DNA of 40,725 nt from a virus (IMGVR_UViG_3300040985_002047:1-40725); one strand, 5' to 3'. Shown: positions 1-10,005, numbered from the stretch's first letter. Notes: a model not told the origin generated them from the letters alone. Translations and numbers: made by a program.

Positions 1-672
1 AGCTGCTACTTTAATATCATACGTACCAATCCTTGTTGCATCTGTAATTGTACTAAATCCACTTATAACAGAAGCAGAAGATCTTGTTTGAGCATCTGTT
101 TCAAGTCTAAATGTTGTTCTAACTGTATTTGCCGTATTCGCTGCTTGTGTGTTTTGTAAATAAATCAACTCAGCTTCTCCTGCTGTTGCTTGAGAAATAT
201 GAAGCTTCTTTGAAGGAGATGTTTCTCCTATTCCAAACCCTGTTGCATTCATATATAAAGTCTGACTGCCATTTATATCAACTGTAAATACTCCAGCATT
301 CCCAGGAGCTTTAAATTCTAAATTTGTATTATCTGCACTCCCAACTCTGAAATACCCAACTACCGCTGCAGCATCTCCTTCAATATCAATTCCTGCACCA
401 GTGGTTCCTGCAGTTGTTCCTCCTTCATTTATTAATATATTCTTATCTGCAACTGTTACAGTTGTAGAATTAATTGTTGTTGTCGTTCCACTTACTGTTA
501 AATTACCAGCAACAATCATATTATCAGAATCATCAATCGTACATCCTGAATTCTGAATCAAGTTTCCTGTCGCTCCATCCCATCTTACAATCGCATTATC
601 AGTTGTTGATCCACTTAAAAGTGAAACTCCTGCAGTTGAAGAACCCATTACCGAAGATAATTGTAAAGCCAT
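1..672 (-). CDS. Tail fibre protein, N-terminal part (continues across the circular join into 40625..39423; about 624 aa in total)
   Basis: ATG at 672 (MALQLSSVMG...), open to base 1 and in frame with the ORF ending at 39423; 'GNLTVSGTTTTINSTTVTVADKNI' and 'GFGIGETSPSKKLHI' are fibre-type repeats; missed by the ORF track. Confidence 0.85.
   Translation of the reverse strand, partial: MALQLSSVMGSSTAGVSLLSGSTTDNAIVRWDGATGNLIQNSGCTIDDSDNMIVAGNLTVSGTTTTINSTTVTVADKNILINEGGTTAGTTGAGIDIEGDAAAVVGYFRVGSADNTNLEFKAPGNAGVFTVDINGSQTLYMNATGFGIGETSPSKKLHISQATAGEAELIYLQNTQAANTANTVRTTFRLETDAQTRSSASVISGFSTITDATRIGTYDIKVAA
3..100. repeat. Terminal direct repeat (circular assembly overlap), copy 1
   Basis: 3-100 is identical to 40628-40725 (98 bp); position 2 (g) differs from 40627 (t). 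Confidence 0.97.
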
Positions 673-673
673 T

Positions 674-892
674 TTAAGATAAAGTTAATTTACAAGTCCC
701 TTTATGCGGTTCGTCAAATGACAAAAGAACAATATTATTAGTTCTCGAATCTGTATAAGTTAAATCATTTCCTTCTAAATCCTTTACTTCATCTATAGTT
801 AAAACTCCTGCATCATTACGAACATCTACCGCCCACGTTTTTTCAGCAGTTCCACTATTAAAATCAACAGTATAAGGAAGTTCGTATTGCAT
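674..892 (-). CDS. Small virion/hypothetical protein
   Basis: 72-aa ORF tightly packed in the structural operon. Confidence 0.6.
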   Translation of the reverse strand: MQYELPYTVDFNSGTAEKTWAVDVRNDAGVLTIDEVKDLEGNDLTYTDSRTNNIVLLSFDEPHKGTCKLTLS

Positions 893-901
893 ATATAATA
901 A

Positions 902-1243
902 TTAAACTAATACAAATCTAAAATTTAAAGCTACATCAGTCGCTGCGTTTCTTAATAAATAAAGAGTATCTATATTAGAACATCCTATAACCTCCGCAGT
1001 ATTAGCTTTAATAACATAATATCTATCAGCTGCTGTAGCCTCTTCTGAAAGACGACAATCTTGATCCACACTTACAACCATTTCTGCAGCATCCGTTGGG
1101 ATAGCAATAGTTATTACTGAACTCGAAACTGTTAATGGAGACTTTTGAGGAGTCCCTGTAGCATCTTGAGTTTCAAACCCTGTTCCTGTAGGAATAGTTA
1201 CACGATTATCATCACGTTTGAAGAAATTGTAATCTTTAGCCAT
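902..1243 (-). CDS. Virion structural protein (beta-rich)
   Basis: 113-aa ORF in the structural operon; N-terminal 'KRDDNRVT' resembles the motif starting other tail proteins here. Confidence 0.65.
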   Translation of the reverse strand: MAKDYNFFKRDDNRVTIPTGTGFETQDATGTPQKSPLTVSSSVITIAIPTDAAEMVVSVDQDCRLSEEATAADRYYVIKANTAEVIGCSNIDTLYLLRNAATDVALNFRFVLV

Positions 1244-1245
1244 AA

Positions 1246-1770
1246 TTATTTATTTTTAAGTTCTGCTAATATTTCTAACCTGTTTTTACCTGCAGTTGTT
1301 ATCCCTTTTAGTTTAGCAGTATTTCTCAATGTATTCCATTCTAATGACTCATAATCAATCTTTTCTTTAACTTCTTCTTGTACAGGTTCTGGTTCAGGGG
1401 GGAAAACAACCTCTGTTTGAGCAGGTTTGTATTCTGAAAGAACTTCTGCTTTTATTACTTCAGCCTCTTGAGGATAAGAAATAATCTCTTCAAATATCGG
1501 TTGCCATCGAGGTCTAAACACTCCTTTCCATTGACTTCTATCTGTACATCTTTCATAAGAAATATCTTTAGCCATCTGAATTGCCATTCCTCTTGCTACA
1601 ACTTTAGCAATAGAAATAACAGATTGTGCTTTTACAACATAAGGAGTTAAACTTCCATCTTCATTTTGATGGTTGTAACTATAATCCTTATCAGAAGGAT
1701 TTGTAATAACTAAAACTTTATATTCATCTTTCTGCACAGCCGTGTCCAATAATTCTGTAACGATATTCAT
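1246..1770 (-). CDS. Hypothetical protein with C-terminal Rho-N/HeH-like helical domain
   Basis: C-terminal 'YESLEWNTLRNTAKLKGITTAGKNRLEILAEL' resembles Rho-N/HeH domains commonly found downstream of capsid genes. Confidence 0.6.
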   Translation of the reverse strand: MNIVTELLDTAVQKDEYKVLVITNPSDKDYSYNHQNEDGSLTPYVVKAQSVISIAKVVARGMAIQMAKDISYERCTDRSQWKGVFRPRWQPIFEEIISYPQEAEVIKAEVLSEYKPAQTEVVFPPEPEPVQEEVKEKIDYESLEWNTLRNTAKLKGITTAGKNRLEILAELKNK

Positions 1771-1800
1771 AATGCGGATTTTTAATTAATATATTAATCC

Positions 1801-1821
1801 CACCCTCTAAAAGAGGGTAGA
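1801..1821 (-). terminator. Hairpin downstream of the capsid/decoration genes (possible terminator or RNA stabiliser)
   Basis: accctct-aaa-agagggt inverted repeat; no strong U-tract. Confidence 0.45.
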
Positions 1822-1833
1822 GAAATAAATCAA

Positions 1834-2337
1834 TTAAGCAGAGATTGTTAGAAGCGTAGCAACTGTATCATCAGCGTTTACGTCATCAGCAACAGCAAAT
1901 CCTAAAATAGCATTTGTTGGAGCAGTACCAGCAGCAACGCTGTCAACTACACCATCAGCAGCACCATAAATAATTGCATCGTTTGCAGAAATATCATCAT
2001 CAGCGTTAGTAATAACAGCTGAATGATATCCTTTTAATTGAATCCATCCGTAAGATGAAGCAGCAATAGCTCCAACTCCAACTCCAGCAACATTATTTGT
2101 ATTTGCATCTGTAAGATCCAAAGTAACAATAGTTCTGTTTGTTGTAGCCGTTACGTATAAAAGTGGAGTTCCGTTTGCAACAGTTGTATCTGCAGCAGCT
2201 TGAACGTACTTATATACTTTGTATCCTCCGTCTGTAGCAGAGTCATTCTCAGTTCTGATAATACCAAGCTCTTCTTGAGCTACAGTATTTGAATCAGTTA
2301 GCTGAGTTTTAAAGGTTAAACCTTGTGGGTTACTCAT
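1834..2337 (-). CDS. Capsid decoration/cement protein
   Basis: 167 aa, Ala/Thr/Gly-rich; 'YKYVQAAA...GVGVGAIAASSYGWIQLKG' typical of head-decoration proteins; downstream of the capsid gene. Confidence 0.7.
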   Translation of the reverse strand: MSNPQGLTFKTQLTDSNTVAQEELGIIRTENDSATDGGYKVYKYVQAAADTTVANGTPLLYVTATTNRTIVTLDLTDANTNNVAGVGVGAIAASSYGWIQLKGYHSAVITNADDDISANDAIIYGAADGVVDSVAAGTAPTNAILGFAVADDVNADDTVATLLTISA

Positions 2338-2363
2338 AATAAAAGAATTAGTTTATAAAGAAA

Positions 2364-2909
2364 TTAAGACAGTCTGTAAGCTACAAAAGTATTTGCAGCC
2401 GTTTTTCGACATCTGAATTGAGCTGAACTTTGAAATTCAGAATCAGCATGAGCCGATTCGACAACAGCCTCTCCTACGATTGTGAATCCTGTTCCTGCAG
2501 TTACTGTAACAGTATCAGCCAAAGCAGCGCTAAGATTGATTATTACAATATCAAAAGATTCATCTGCTCCAAAACCCGTAGGCATTGCAGCATCCATAAG
2601 AGTTCCTGTTGGAAGAGTATAAGCAGCAGTTGCTCCTGCAGTATGTGTTGCTGTTATAATTCCAGTAAGAAGTTCAGCAGCTGTAAGAGTTACAGCTGTT
2701 GTTTTTGCAGAAGGAGTCCCTTGCGTTCGTCCTATTACTCCGATGTTTCGTACAACAGCAGAAGTAAATACACAAGTATCTGTACTTGCATTCCCGATAG
2801 TAGTATTCCCATCACACTGTAAATCAGTTGCTGTTTTGATTGATCCTGAGATATCAACTTCAGCTCCCATTTTCAATGCAGGAATATAGTTTGCTAGGTT
2901 TAAAGCCAT
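2364..2909 (-). CDS. Head decoration/minor structural protein
   Basis: 181 aa; 'TLTAAELLTGII...YTLPT...TVTAGTGFTIVG'; immediately after the capsid gene. Confidence 0.7.
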   Translation of the reverse strand: MALNLANYIPALKMGAEVDISGSIKTATDLQCDGNTTIGNASTDTCVFTSAVVRNIGVIGRTQGTPSAKTTAVTLTAAELLTGIITATHTAGATAAYTLPTGTLMDAAMPTGFGADESFDIVIINLSAALADTVTVTAGTGFTIVGEAVVESAHADSEFQSSAQFRCRKTAANTFVAYRLS

Positions 2910-2927
2910 AATAGAAAAAGTTAATAA

Positions 2928-4028
2928 TTAAGCAGTAATAGCAGAGAAACCTCCAGATCTTCGAGGATCTGTATTAATCAATTCTCCTGAAAGAACGATT
3001 TGAGATTGAACTGCGGCTTGATTTGTAGGCTCTTTGAATCCTGACCATGCAAAACCAGTTTTATGTCCTGATTCAACATTTTGAGCGTATTGTCCTTGAA
3101 CAACATCAGGTCGGAAAGAAACATCTTTCCATCCGTTATCAACTCCTTTCATTTGACCAAAGCTTTCAACTCTGTAGAAGTTAAGGAATTTCATGTTAAG
3201 GAAATACATTTTATCAGCTGGACATTTTTCGTCTCGTACTACAGGAATCCCGTCGTACATAAGAGCATCGAATCCAACAGCTCCTCCTAGAGCACCCTTG
3301 TTTTGAGCAAGTCCGTCTCGAGTAACTTGATGAAATCCTCCAATATCCATTCGTTGCATTGGTTGAAGAAGTGCTTCAAAGAATCCAAAGATAGCTGGAG
3401 TTGTAACAATTAAATCAGGTTTAATAGCTCCTGATGAAAGTGCGTTAGAAATAGTTCTCATTGCAGCTAATGTAAGAGTTGTAGTTGAACTATCAAATCC
3501 ACTATTAGAAGTATCTCCAGATTGAAGAACTGTGTTTGTTGTACGAGAAACTCCTCCATAAGAAGATGTAGCTCCTACGATATGAGCAAGTCCTGAGAAA
3601 TCTTTAGAAGAATCTGTAGCAGATCCGTAGAACATTGTTCCAACATTATCTAAAAGATTAGAAAAACTAAATTCAGTTTCTCGAGCCACGATATCTACAA
3701 CTTCTTCTGCTCCTGTATTAAGAGAAAGATCTGTGTAAACAAGGTTTAATGGTTCGTAAACATATTTAGGGTTAAACGCTCCTTGAACAACTTCGTTATC
3801 AATAGATGTAACGAAAGTATCTGTTCCTCGGAAAGATCCTCCTTGTGCAGAAGATGCAGTTCCTGAACCAACTCTCCAAGTTTGTTTGATTTGTTCTCCT
3901 CTGAATTTTTTAGAATTACCTAGAAGTTTAGAAGTAAGAACGTTATCGTCCAATACTGAATCTATAACTTTAGGCATTATGTAATCCTGCGTTGCTGTTG
4001 TTACATAACTATCAAATATTGATGCCAT
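2928..4028 (-). CDS. Major capsid protein (HK97 fold inferred)
   Basis: 366 aa after portal and scaffold; 'KDFSGLAHIV', 'PDLIVTTP', 'GFDALMYDGIPVVRDEKCP...MYFLN' capsid-type motifs. Confidence 0.9.
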   Translation of the reverse strand: MASIFDSYVTTATQDYIMPKVIDSVLDDNVLTSKLLGNSKKFRGEQIKQTWRVGSGTASSAQGGSFRGTDTFVTSIDNEVVQGAFNPKYVYEPLNLVYTDLSLNTGAEEVVDIVARETEFSFSNLLDNVGTMFYGSATDSSKDFSGLAHIVGATSSYGGVSRTTNTVLQSGDTSNSGFDSSTTTLTLAAMRTISNALSSGAIKPDLIVTTPAIFGFFEALLQPMQRMDIGGFHQVTRDGLAQNKGALGGAVGFDALMYDGIPVVRDEKCPADKMYFLNMKFLNFYRVESFGQMKGVDNGWKDVSFRPDVVQGQYAQNVESGHKTGFAWSGFKEPTNQAAVQSQIVLSGELINTDPRRSGGFSAITA

Positions 4029-4052
4029 GGTATTAAAATTAATATATAATTA

Positions 4053-4727
4053 TTACTTCTGTCTATTCGAAAGCCATGCTGACAAATTATCTATAGACAT
4101 TCCTTTCAATTCTTTCTGTCCTATATCTCCAAGAGAAGTAGGAGCATTAGAATTATTCCCTGAGGGGATCATACTCCCTCGTTGTAAAGATTTCATTGCG
4201 TTGCTTACTCCTTCTTCTTTTGCTCCACTCATGCTAGACATAAGTTTGTGCGCATTAATAAGGTTAAAGTTCCCGTTATCATCTTTAATGTTGTATTCTA
4301 AAGCAAAATCTGCGATTGCGTCCTCATTAATTTCTTTATGAGACTCCCTGATTTTATTAAACTGATCAGAAATATCTTTTTCAAGCTCTTGCTTTTTAGA
4401 GAACTCTGATTGTTGCTCAGTTTTAATCCTATTATATGCACGATCCTCCATGTATTTAGCATACGATTCAGGATCATCATAAGGATCAGGAATTTCAGAC
4501 TTTACTTCGGGTTCAGAGGGTTTGTTTATTCCTTCTACAAGTTCACGAAGTTCTTGCATTTCGGACTTTGTGTCCTTTAACTGATCGTTTACCTCTTTGA
4601 AACGCTCATATGGGACGTTTTGTTGTGATTGCGAATCATCATTTACGCTGTTTTGAGTTGACGAATCTCCAGTTACGTCGGGGTTTGGAGCTGACGAGTC
4701 TCCAGTTACGTCTGTGTTTTGCGACAT
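4053..4727 (-). CDS. Capsid scaffolding protein
   Basis: Acidic and helical; 'VPYERFKEVN', 'PDPYDDPESY'; between portal and capsid; N-terminal DVTGDSS duplicated. Confidence 0.85.
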   Translation of the reverse strand: MSQNTDVTGDSSAPNPDVTGDSSTQNSVNDDSQSQQNVPYERFKEVNDQLKDTKSEMQELRELVEGINKPSEPEVKSEIPDPYDDPESYAKYMEDRAYNRIKTEQQSEFSKKQELEKDISDQFNKIRESHKEINEDAIADFALEYNIKDDNGNFNLINAHKLMSSMSGAKEEGVSNAMKSLQRGSMIPSGNNSNAPTSLGDIGQKELKGMSIDNLSAWLSNRQK

Positions 4728-4759
4728 GTATATGCGGTTAAATCGTAATAATGATAAAT

Positions 4760-4882
4760 CTATAAAGAAGCCAGCACAAGTCTTTTTATAGGACTATGTT
4801 TTTTCTTTGGTATTTTAGCACCCTTCTTCTTTGCAGCGCCAAGAGACATCACGCCTTCTTCTATAAGTTTCTTTAATGACAT
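4760..4882 (-). CDS. Small basic protein (40 aa)
   Basis: MSLKKLIEEGVMSLGAAKKKGAKIPKKKHSPIKRLVLASL; fills the portal-scaffold gap on the operon strand. Confidence 0.5.
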   Translation of the reverse strand: MSLKKLIEEGVMSLGAAKKKGAKIPKKKHSPIKRLVLASL

Positions 4883-4892
4883 AAGTTAGAAA

Positions 4893-6674
4893 TTAAATTG
4901 TATTATTAGATCTTTCCTCAACAATCTTCACCTCAGCTTGCATATGATCTATAAATAATTGTTTCACTTCAGGACTTAATTCGTTCTGACTTATAAATTG
5001 TTCATGTACTGCTAAATGATTTGCATCAGCTCCTTCAAATGGAGGCTGAGGTTCTCCTGCCGCCATTCTCTTATTCTCATCTTCAGCTTTTAAAATCTGG
5101 TTCTCAACATCTCCCTCTCCTGCAGGTTGCCCGAATCCAGGAATAAGTTCTTGGAAATTGCCTTGCTGCTGCAATACCCAACGTTTTGCCATCTCAGATG
5201 GAGACTTGAATCCCATCTCTCTGTATAAATCTACAATAGAAATCATTTGTGCATTCGCAAGAGTTAAAGCCGCTTGCTGCCTAGAAACAGAATCTTTAGG
5301 TAAAAGAGTTCCTGGAATAATCTCTATATCCATTCCTGAATCAATTGATTTCTGATCAAATATAATCCGTTCTTTAATCTTTGATTCCTGTACAAAAGAA
5401 ATAACTTTCTTCCCCGTGAAATAAACTTTAATAATTTGTGTCCAACCTTTAAATAAAAGTTCTACAACCTCTTCTAAACGTCTTGAAAATATATCTATAC
5501 GCCCTCTATCAGCCTGAGAAAGAATACTTCGTCCTGTTGCAGTCTCTCGACCTTCGCGTTCTCCTCGAGTTGTGCTATGTGTTCCCATTAAATTATCAAT
5601 CTGATTCCTGGAATCATGCATATCGTTCTCTACAAATACCGGTAAAGGACTTCCAGAAACACGAATGATATCTCCTACTTCTCCTTCTGACATAAATATC
5701 CCTTCTCCTGGATTTGTCCAATCAATTTCTGAAAACTCTTGTTTAGATAACCCGTTTGCACCAGTTCCTACAACTTTACCATTCACAATCTGCGCGTTCT
5801 TATCAATCTGACTCTTCCTCTTATTTAAAGTATCCTGCAAAGGAATCGATTGCTCTATAAGACTCGTTGCCCCAGAAATAGTTTCTCCCATATCAAACAT
5901 ATTCACAGGTAAATACGGAATCTTTGGCTTATCAAAGTAATTTCCTTTCTCATTCTTGTAATCAAAATTAGGATTCTTCTGTTTAGCTAAAAGAATATTC
6001 TTTACTTTTGCTATCTGTAACTCATCCGTCCATATTTCCTCATAAGTAAGAACTGTTCCCATCTTATTCTGAACAAAAGCCTTAATTTCTTTCTCCTTTT
6101 TAGGAAACCTCTTCACCAACTCCTCCGCATCAACTGTAATCTTCTCAGCAAACCAGTTAAAACCATCATCTATATTCCTGTCATTATCAAAAATACAACG
6201 ATCAGGATGGATCACACTCGTTTCTACATCAAAGGTTTCAGGATTAAACCTGTATTTAAATACTACAAAGTTCGCAATATTCAAATACCTCAAAGCTTTC
6301 TCCATCTTCTTCTGAATCTTTTGTCTCCGATAAACCGATTGTAAAACTTTCTCCCACATCGTCGCACGATCTAAAGCCTCAGTCTTCTCACTCGCTGCTA
6401 AGATATTAGGAACAGGAACACCTGAAGTCGCTATAGGAATAATCGTTTCTATCGATTGATGAATCTTATTATCTATAACTTGTCTTTGATTTTCTTGTAA
6501 ATCTGTACCATGTAAATAATAAGATTTACTCTTATTAGAATTCTTTCTTACGGATTGCAAAGATGCATTCCCTTTATCAAGCCATTTATTCGTTATCTGA
6601 ACAAGGTCTTCATCAGGAATATCTATCGATAACTCTTTCATTAACTCATCTATCCCATCTTGATGCTTCATCAT
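4893..6674 (-). CDS. Portal protein (P22-like podoviral type inferred)
   Basis: 593 aa after TerL; 'IDNKIHQSIETIIP', 'IPLQDTLNKRKSQI', 'RETATGRSILSQA', 'DIEIIPGTLLPKD', C-terminal 'HLAVH'. Confidence 0.88.
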   Translation of the reverse strand: MMKHQDGIDELMKELSIDIPDEDLVQITNKWLDKGNASLQSVRKNSNKSKSYYLHGTDLQENQRQVIDNKIHQSIETIIPIATSGVPVPNILAASEKTEALDRATMWEKVLQSVYRRQKIQKKMEKALRYLNIANFVVFKYRFNPETFDVETSVIHPDRCIFDNDRNIDDGFNWFAEKITVDAEELVKRFPKKEKEIKAFVQNKMGTVLTYEEIWTDELQIAKVKNILLAKQKNPNFDYKNEKGNYFDKPKIPYLPVNMFDMGETISGATSLIEQSIPLQDTLNKRKSQIDKNAQIVNGKVVGTGANGLSKQEFSEIDWTNPGEGIFMSEGEVGDIIRVSGSPLPVFVENDMHDSRNQIDNLMGTHSTTRGEREGRETATGRSILSQADRGRIDIFSRRLEEVVELLFKGWTQIIKVYFTGKKVISFVQESKIKERIIFDQKSIDSGMDIEIIPGTLLPKDSVSRQQAALTLANAQMISIVDLYREMGFKSPSEMAKRWVLQQQGNFQELIPGFGQPAGEGDVENQILKAEDENKRMAAGEPQPPFEGADANHLAVHEQFISQNELSPEVKQLFIDHMQAEVKIVEERSNNTI

Positions 6675-6746
6675 AATATTAGAATTATTTTGTAAATTGA
6701 ATAAATAAAATCTACTTTTTACTAAAGTATATTTATCTTTCCCGTT

Positions 6747-8273
6747 TTATGCAAGCCTCCAGTCCGTTACCGTGGTTTTCTGAAACACCACATCTTTTAC
6801 AGGAATCATTCCACTCGCATCCAGCTCGTAACTTCGAGTCGATTCTATAAAATCTTTCTTATTATTCGTTATAGAATAATTCTCCTTACTTAAACTCCTA
6901 ACCCCCTGCCAAGCTATAGCTAAACTTGTTACACAATCATCATTTAAGCCCGCAGGAGCATTCATCTTATCATTATCATCATACTGATATGCAATTAACT
7001 CAGAAACAGTTTTCTGATCTAAGAGTTTTATCTCCCTATTAATAAGCGCCAAATTCAAATCTGTTATCATTATCTCCTTCGTCTTCACATTCGTGTTCCA
7101 CCCCAACTTCGGAGTCTTCCTCGTTGTCTTCTTATGGAACTTCCTCTCGTAATATAAGTTCTTATACGACTTAATCTCCTTCATAAACGCCAATCCATAC
7201 CCCGAATTATTCTCAAATATCAATAAAGCGTAATTATATTCCTCACACTTCGCCTCTACCTTCTTTGAAAATACATCTATAGGATCCTGAGACCTCATCG
7301 TGTGAATCTGTAATCCCGTTTCTACACAAATAAACTGAGCAACATGATAATCCTTAGAAGATCCACTCGCTAAATCAACCCCACATACAAAATGATTCGT
7401 GTATTGTTCTGATTGTGTCTTGATTTCTTCATCCTTCGTTATAAATAAATCCTTCAGAGAAAATACAGGACGCCCAGATTGTAGGAAATCCCCATTAAAT
7501 TCCTGCGCCCACCCATCTGGCGTCATATTATGCATCATCTTCTCAGCCCACGGACTCGTGTACTCCCCGTAAATAGTACTCGTTTCTAACTTCTTTATAT
7601 TCCTCCCAAAATTAGGATGCCTATGCCATAATACCTTGTACTTCTTAAATCCATTCTGCCCAGCCCATAACTGGTAAAACTTATTTCCAATCCCTTTAGG
7701 AGTAGATTGTACGATAATTTTTCCTCCTGTTGAGAGCGTCGGTAAAATAGAATTCCACACGTCTTCCCCAGCTATCCTGTCCTTCGCACTCGGAAACGCT
7801 GAAAACTCATCCATTATTATAAGAGATGCTGATTTACCCGCACCAGCACGCTCTGTAGCAGGAAGAGACATTATCCTATTCTTATTCTCAAACTCTATCG
7901 TCGTCTGATTCGAACTCTTTATCGGAAGCTTCAATTGCTCAGGTAAATTATCATGCATTATCTTTGTCTTACGCAATATATCAATAGCATCATCCTCTTT
8001 TTTACTGAGAAACAAAACGTTATTACCACGATCTGCCATCGTCCATAACGCATATGCAGCCGCTAATGTCGTAAATCCTAACTGTCTTGATTTTAAAATA
8101 AACGTATGCGTATTCTCTAAGTAACACTTCAACGCCTGCTTCTGATACATGTATAAATGGAAAGGAACAAGACCTTTTCCTGTTGCCTCAATCTTACAGT
8201 AATTTAATATAAACTCCACGGGATTCGTTATCGCCTTGATTATATCCGATTCCGTTAATATTGTTTTTTGCAT
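6747..8273 (-). CDS. terL: Terminase large subunit
   Basis: Walker A 'LKSRQLGFTT', Walker B 'LIIMDEF', 'STPKG', nuclease 'GVDLASG' and 'DDCVTSLAIA'. Confidence 0.96.
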   Translation of the reverse strand: MQKTILTESDIIKAITNPVEFILNYCKIEATGKGLVPFHLYMYQKQALKCYLENTHTFILKSRQLGFTTLAAAYALWTMADRGNNVLFLSKKEDDAIDILRKTKIMHDNLPEQLKLPIKSSNQTTIEFENKNRIMSLPATERAGAGKSASLIIMDEFSAFPSAKDRIAGEDVWNSILPTLSTGGKIIVQSTPKGIGNKFYQLWAGQNGFKKYKVLWHRHPNFGRNIKKLETSTIYGEYTSPWAEKMMHNMTPDGWAQEFNGDFLQSGRPVFSLKDLFITKDEEIKTQSEQYTNHFVCGVDLASGSSKDYHVAQFICVETGLQIHTMRSQDPIDVFSKKVEAKCEEYNYALLIFENNSGYGLAFMKEIKSYKNLYYERKFHKKTTRKTPKLGWNTNVKTKEIMITDLNLALINREIKLLDQKTVSELIAYQYDDNDKMNAPAGLNDDCVTSLAIAWQGVRSLSKENYSITNNKKDFIESTRSYELDASGMIPVKDVVFQKTTVTDWRLA

Positions 8274-8331
8274 AATGTGCGGTTATGTTTTATTATTCAT
8301 ATATGTAATACATTATATAAATTTTTATATT

Positions 8332-8487
8332 ATGACAAATCTTGTATTTCTAATCATTGGAATTATCATAGGCCTTATTCTAGATTATAAGAAAATATCA
8401 TCATACCAGGATCGAGCTGAAAAAGCTTTTAAAGAAACCGTTTCTAAAATTAAAAGGAATAAAATATCTGTAATATCTTTTAAATAA
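8332..8487 (+). CDS. Small membrane-anchored protein
   Basis: Start revised to the ATG at 8332 (MTNLVFLIIGIIIGLIL...); one N-terminal TM segment. Confidence 0.6.
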   Translation: MTNLVFLIIGIIIGLILDYKKISSYQDRAEKAFKETVSKIKRNKISVISFK

Positions 8488-8498
8488 ATAAATAAATT

Positions 8499-8819
8499 AT
8501 GTCAAAACGCTGCACACGTCTAGGTCACGACTTTAAAGACCAAAGAACTTCAGGTAATAGAATTATCGTTACCTGCATAGAATGCGGGTCTCGTAAGGAT
8601 TTCCACGTGGATGATAAACAATCTGCTCTTAAATTATTACGAAGATCTATCATACAACCCTCAGATAAAGAAAAATGGACAGAACTACACGGCTCCTCAT
8701 ACTACAAAGAAAAAGAAATCGAAGATGAAAGAAAAAGAAAAAGGGGAACCAAAGAAGAAATAAAAAAAGAAATGGTCGATATGGTTAAATCTGAAATGGA
8801 ACAAAAACTTATTATATAA
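8499..8819 (+). CDS. Hypothetical protein with putative Zn-binding motif
   Basis: C-x4-H...C-x2-C at the N-terminus; 106 aa. Confidence 0.7.
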   Translation: MSKRCTRLGHDFKDQRTSGNRIIVTCIECGSRKDFHVDDKQSALKLLRRSIIQPSDKEKWTELHGSSYYKEKEIEDERKRKRGTKEEIKKEMVDMVKSEMEQKLII

Positions 8820-8823
8820 AACA

Positions 8824-8861
8824 GGTCCAAATATGCACTGCTTTTTTGGACCCGCTTTTTT
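8824..8861 (+). terminator. Putative intrinsic terminator
   Basis: ggtccaaa...tttggacc inverted repeat followed by gctttttt just after the stop codon. Confidence 0.5.
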
Positions 8862-8879
8862 GGAACTAAATATATATAC

Positions 8880-8939
8880 ATCCCCACAACTATTCCTTAA
8901 AAAGAATTAAGTATATCCCCACAACTATTCCTTAAAAAG
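8880..8939. repeat. 25-bp direct repeat x2
   Basis: atccccacaactattccttaaaaag at 8880-8904 and 8915-8939. Confidence 0.95.
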
Positions 8940-9270
8940 TAAAGGGGGTTCCTTTTTTTAAAATCGGTGGGTGGGGGTATTATATAATATATATAAGACC
9001 CCGCCAGGGGTGCATGTACCCCCGTGGTCAGATGTATTTAATCCTCCACAATATGTATTGTGCATGATTAAACAGCTATAATCACACATCTCCGCTCTAT
9101 CACACACTATACAGGGGTTTAGATAATCCTACACGTGGTATACTGTGCATAGAATCACCTCTGTATACTAGCTCTATCACAGGCTATCCTATTTAAATGC
9201 GTTGTAAGCGACGCAATAACTCTCGAGGTAATAGTTGTCATGAAATTATACAGAAGCTCTTAGATCAAGA

Positions 9271-9735
9271 CTATAAATCCTCAAGGGGGCTTTCCTCGCT
9301 TAAAGAGTCAACTTCCACGCCTGCTGTTTTTAGATTATCCTTAGTCGCATAAGTTTTATCTATATAATTTGTTATATTCGTGATGTTTAATGTCTGTACT
9401 TTCTTCTCTTCTTCCGGATTCTTGTATAACTGAGCCATTTCTCCAAGATTTCGTAGGTTTTTGTCCTGGGAATTCTCAGATCGCTTGCTATCAGTGGCTC
9501 TGCGGGCGTGTAGCTTCTTGATCCAGCTAGCGGTAATGCCCTCGCCTTCAGTGATTGACATAATCTCATTTTGCATCTTAGCCTTTCTGAGCTGCCGTGC
9601 TCCTTCCACTGCTGCTGCGTTTTCCGAGCTATTTTTATAAACTTGTAATGCGCTTTTAGTTGCATTTCCTTCATTCTCAACATATGTTTTCGCAAACTCT
9701 TTTTGCTTCCACGTCAAACGAGTATCTTCTTTCAT
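9271..9735 (-). CDS. terS: Terminase small subunit
   Basis: 'LTWKQKEFAKTYVENEGNATKSALQVY...AAAVEGARQLRK' is the typical TerS N-terminal HTH. Confidence 0.9.
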   Translation of the reverse strand: MKEDTRLTWKQKEFAKTYVENEGNATKSALQVYKNSSENAAAVEGARQLRKAKMQNEIMSITEGEGITASWIKKLHARRATDSKRSENSQDKNLRNLGEMAQLYKNPEEEKKVQTLNITNITNYIDKTYATKDNLKTAGVEVDSLSEESPLEDL

Positions 9736-9821
9736 AAACGTGCGATTTAAAAAATTTTATATAGACAAAGAATAAAATATATGAATGCATAAAGCAATTA
9801 AAAGAAATTAATACAATACTC

Positions 9822-9850
9822 TTGACAGTCTCAAAATAGAAGAGTAAGAT
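9822..9850 (+). promoter_or_regulatory. Sigma70-type promoter
   Basis: TTGACA-17 nt-TAAGAT. Confidence 0.8.
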
Positions 9851-9886
9851 TTAATTACACCAATTATATTACTTAACTTTTTTCTT

Positions 9887-9982
9887 ATGGAAACTATTTT
9901 ATTCACACTCCGAATGTTGGCGTATGCTTTTTGGGCGTATGTTTTAGCGATGGTATATATAAACATATTATATATCATTTAA
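9887..9982 (+). CDS. Hydrophobic 31-aa peptide
   Basis: METILFTLRMLAYAFWAYVLAMVYINILYII; first ORF after the promoter. Confidence 0.55.
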   Translation: METILFTLRMLAYAFWAYVLAMVYINILYII

Positions 9983-10005
9983 TTTATTACTTAACTAAAA
10001 ACACC

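Noticed and set aside
4659-4712. 21-bp repeat as a regulatory element
   Set aside because: Explained as an in-frame DVTGDSS duplication in the disordered scaffold N-terminus
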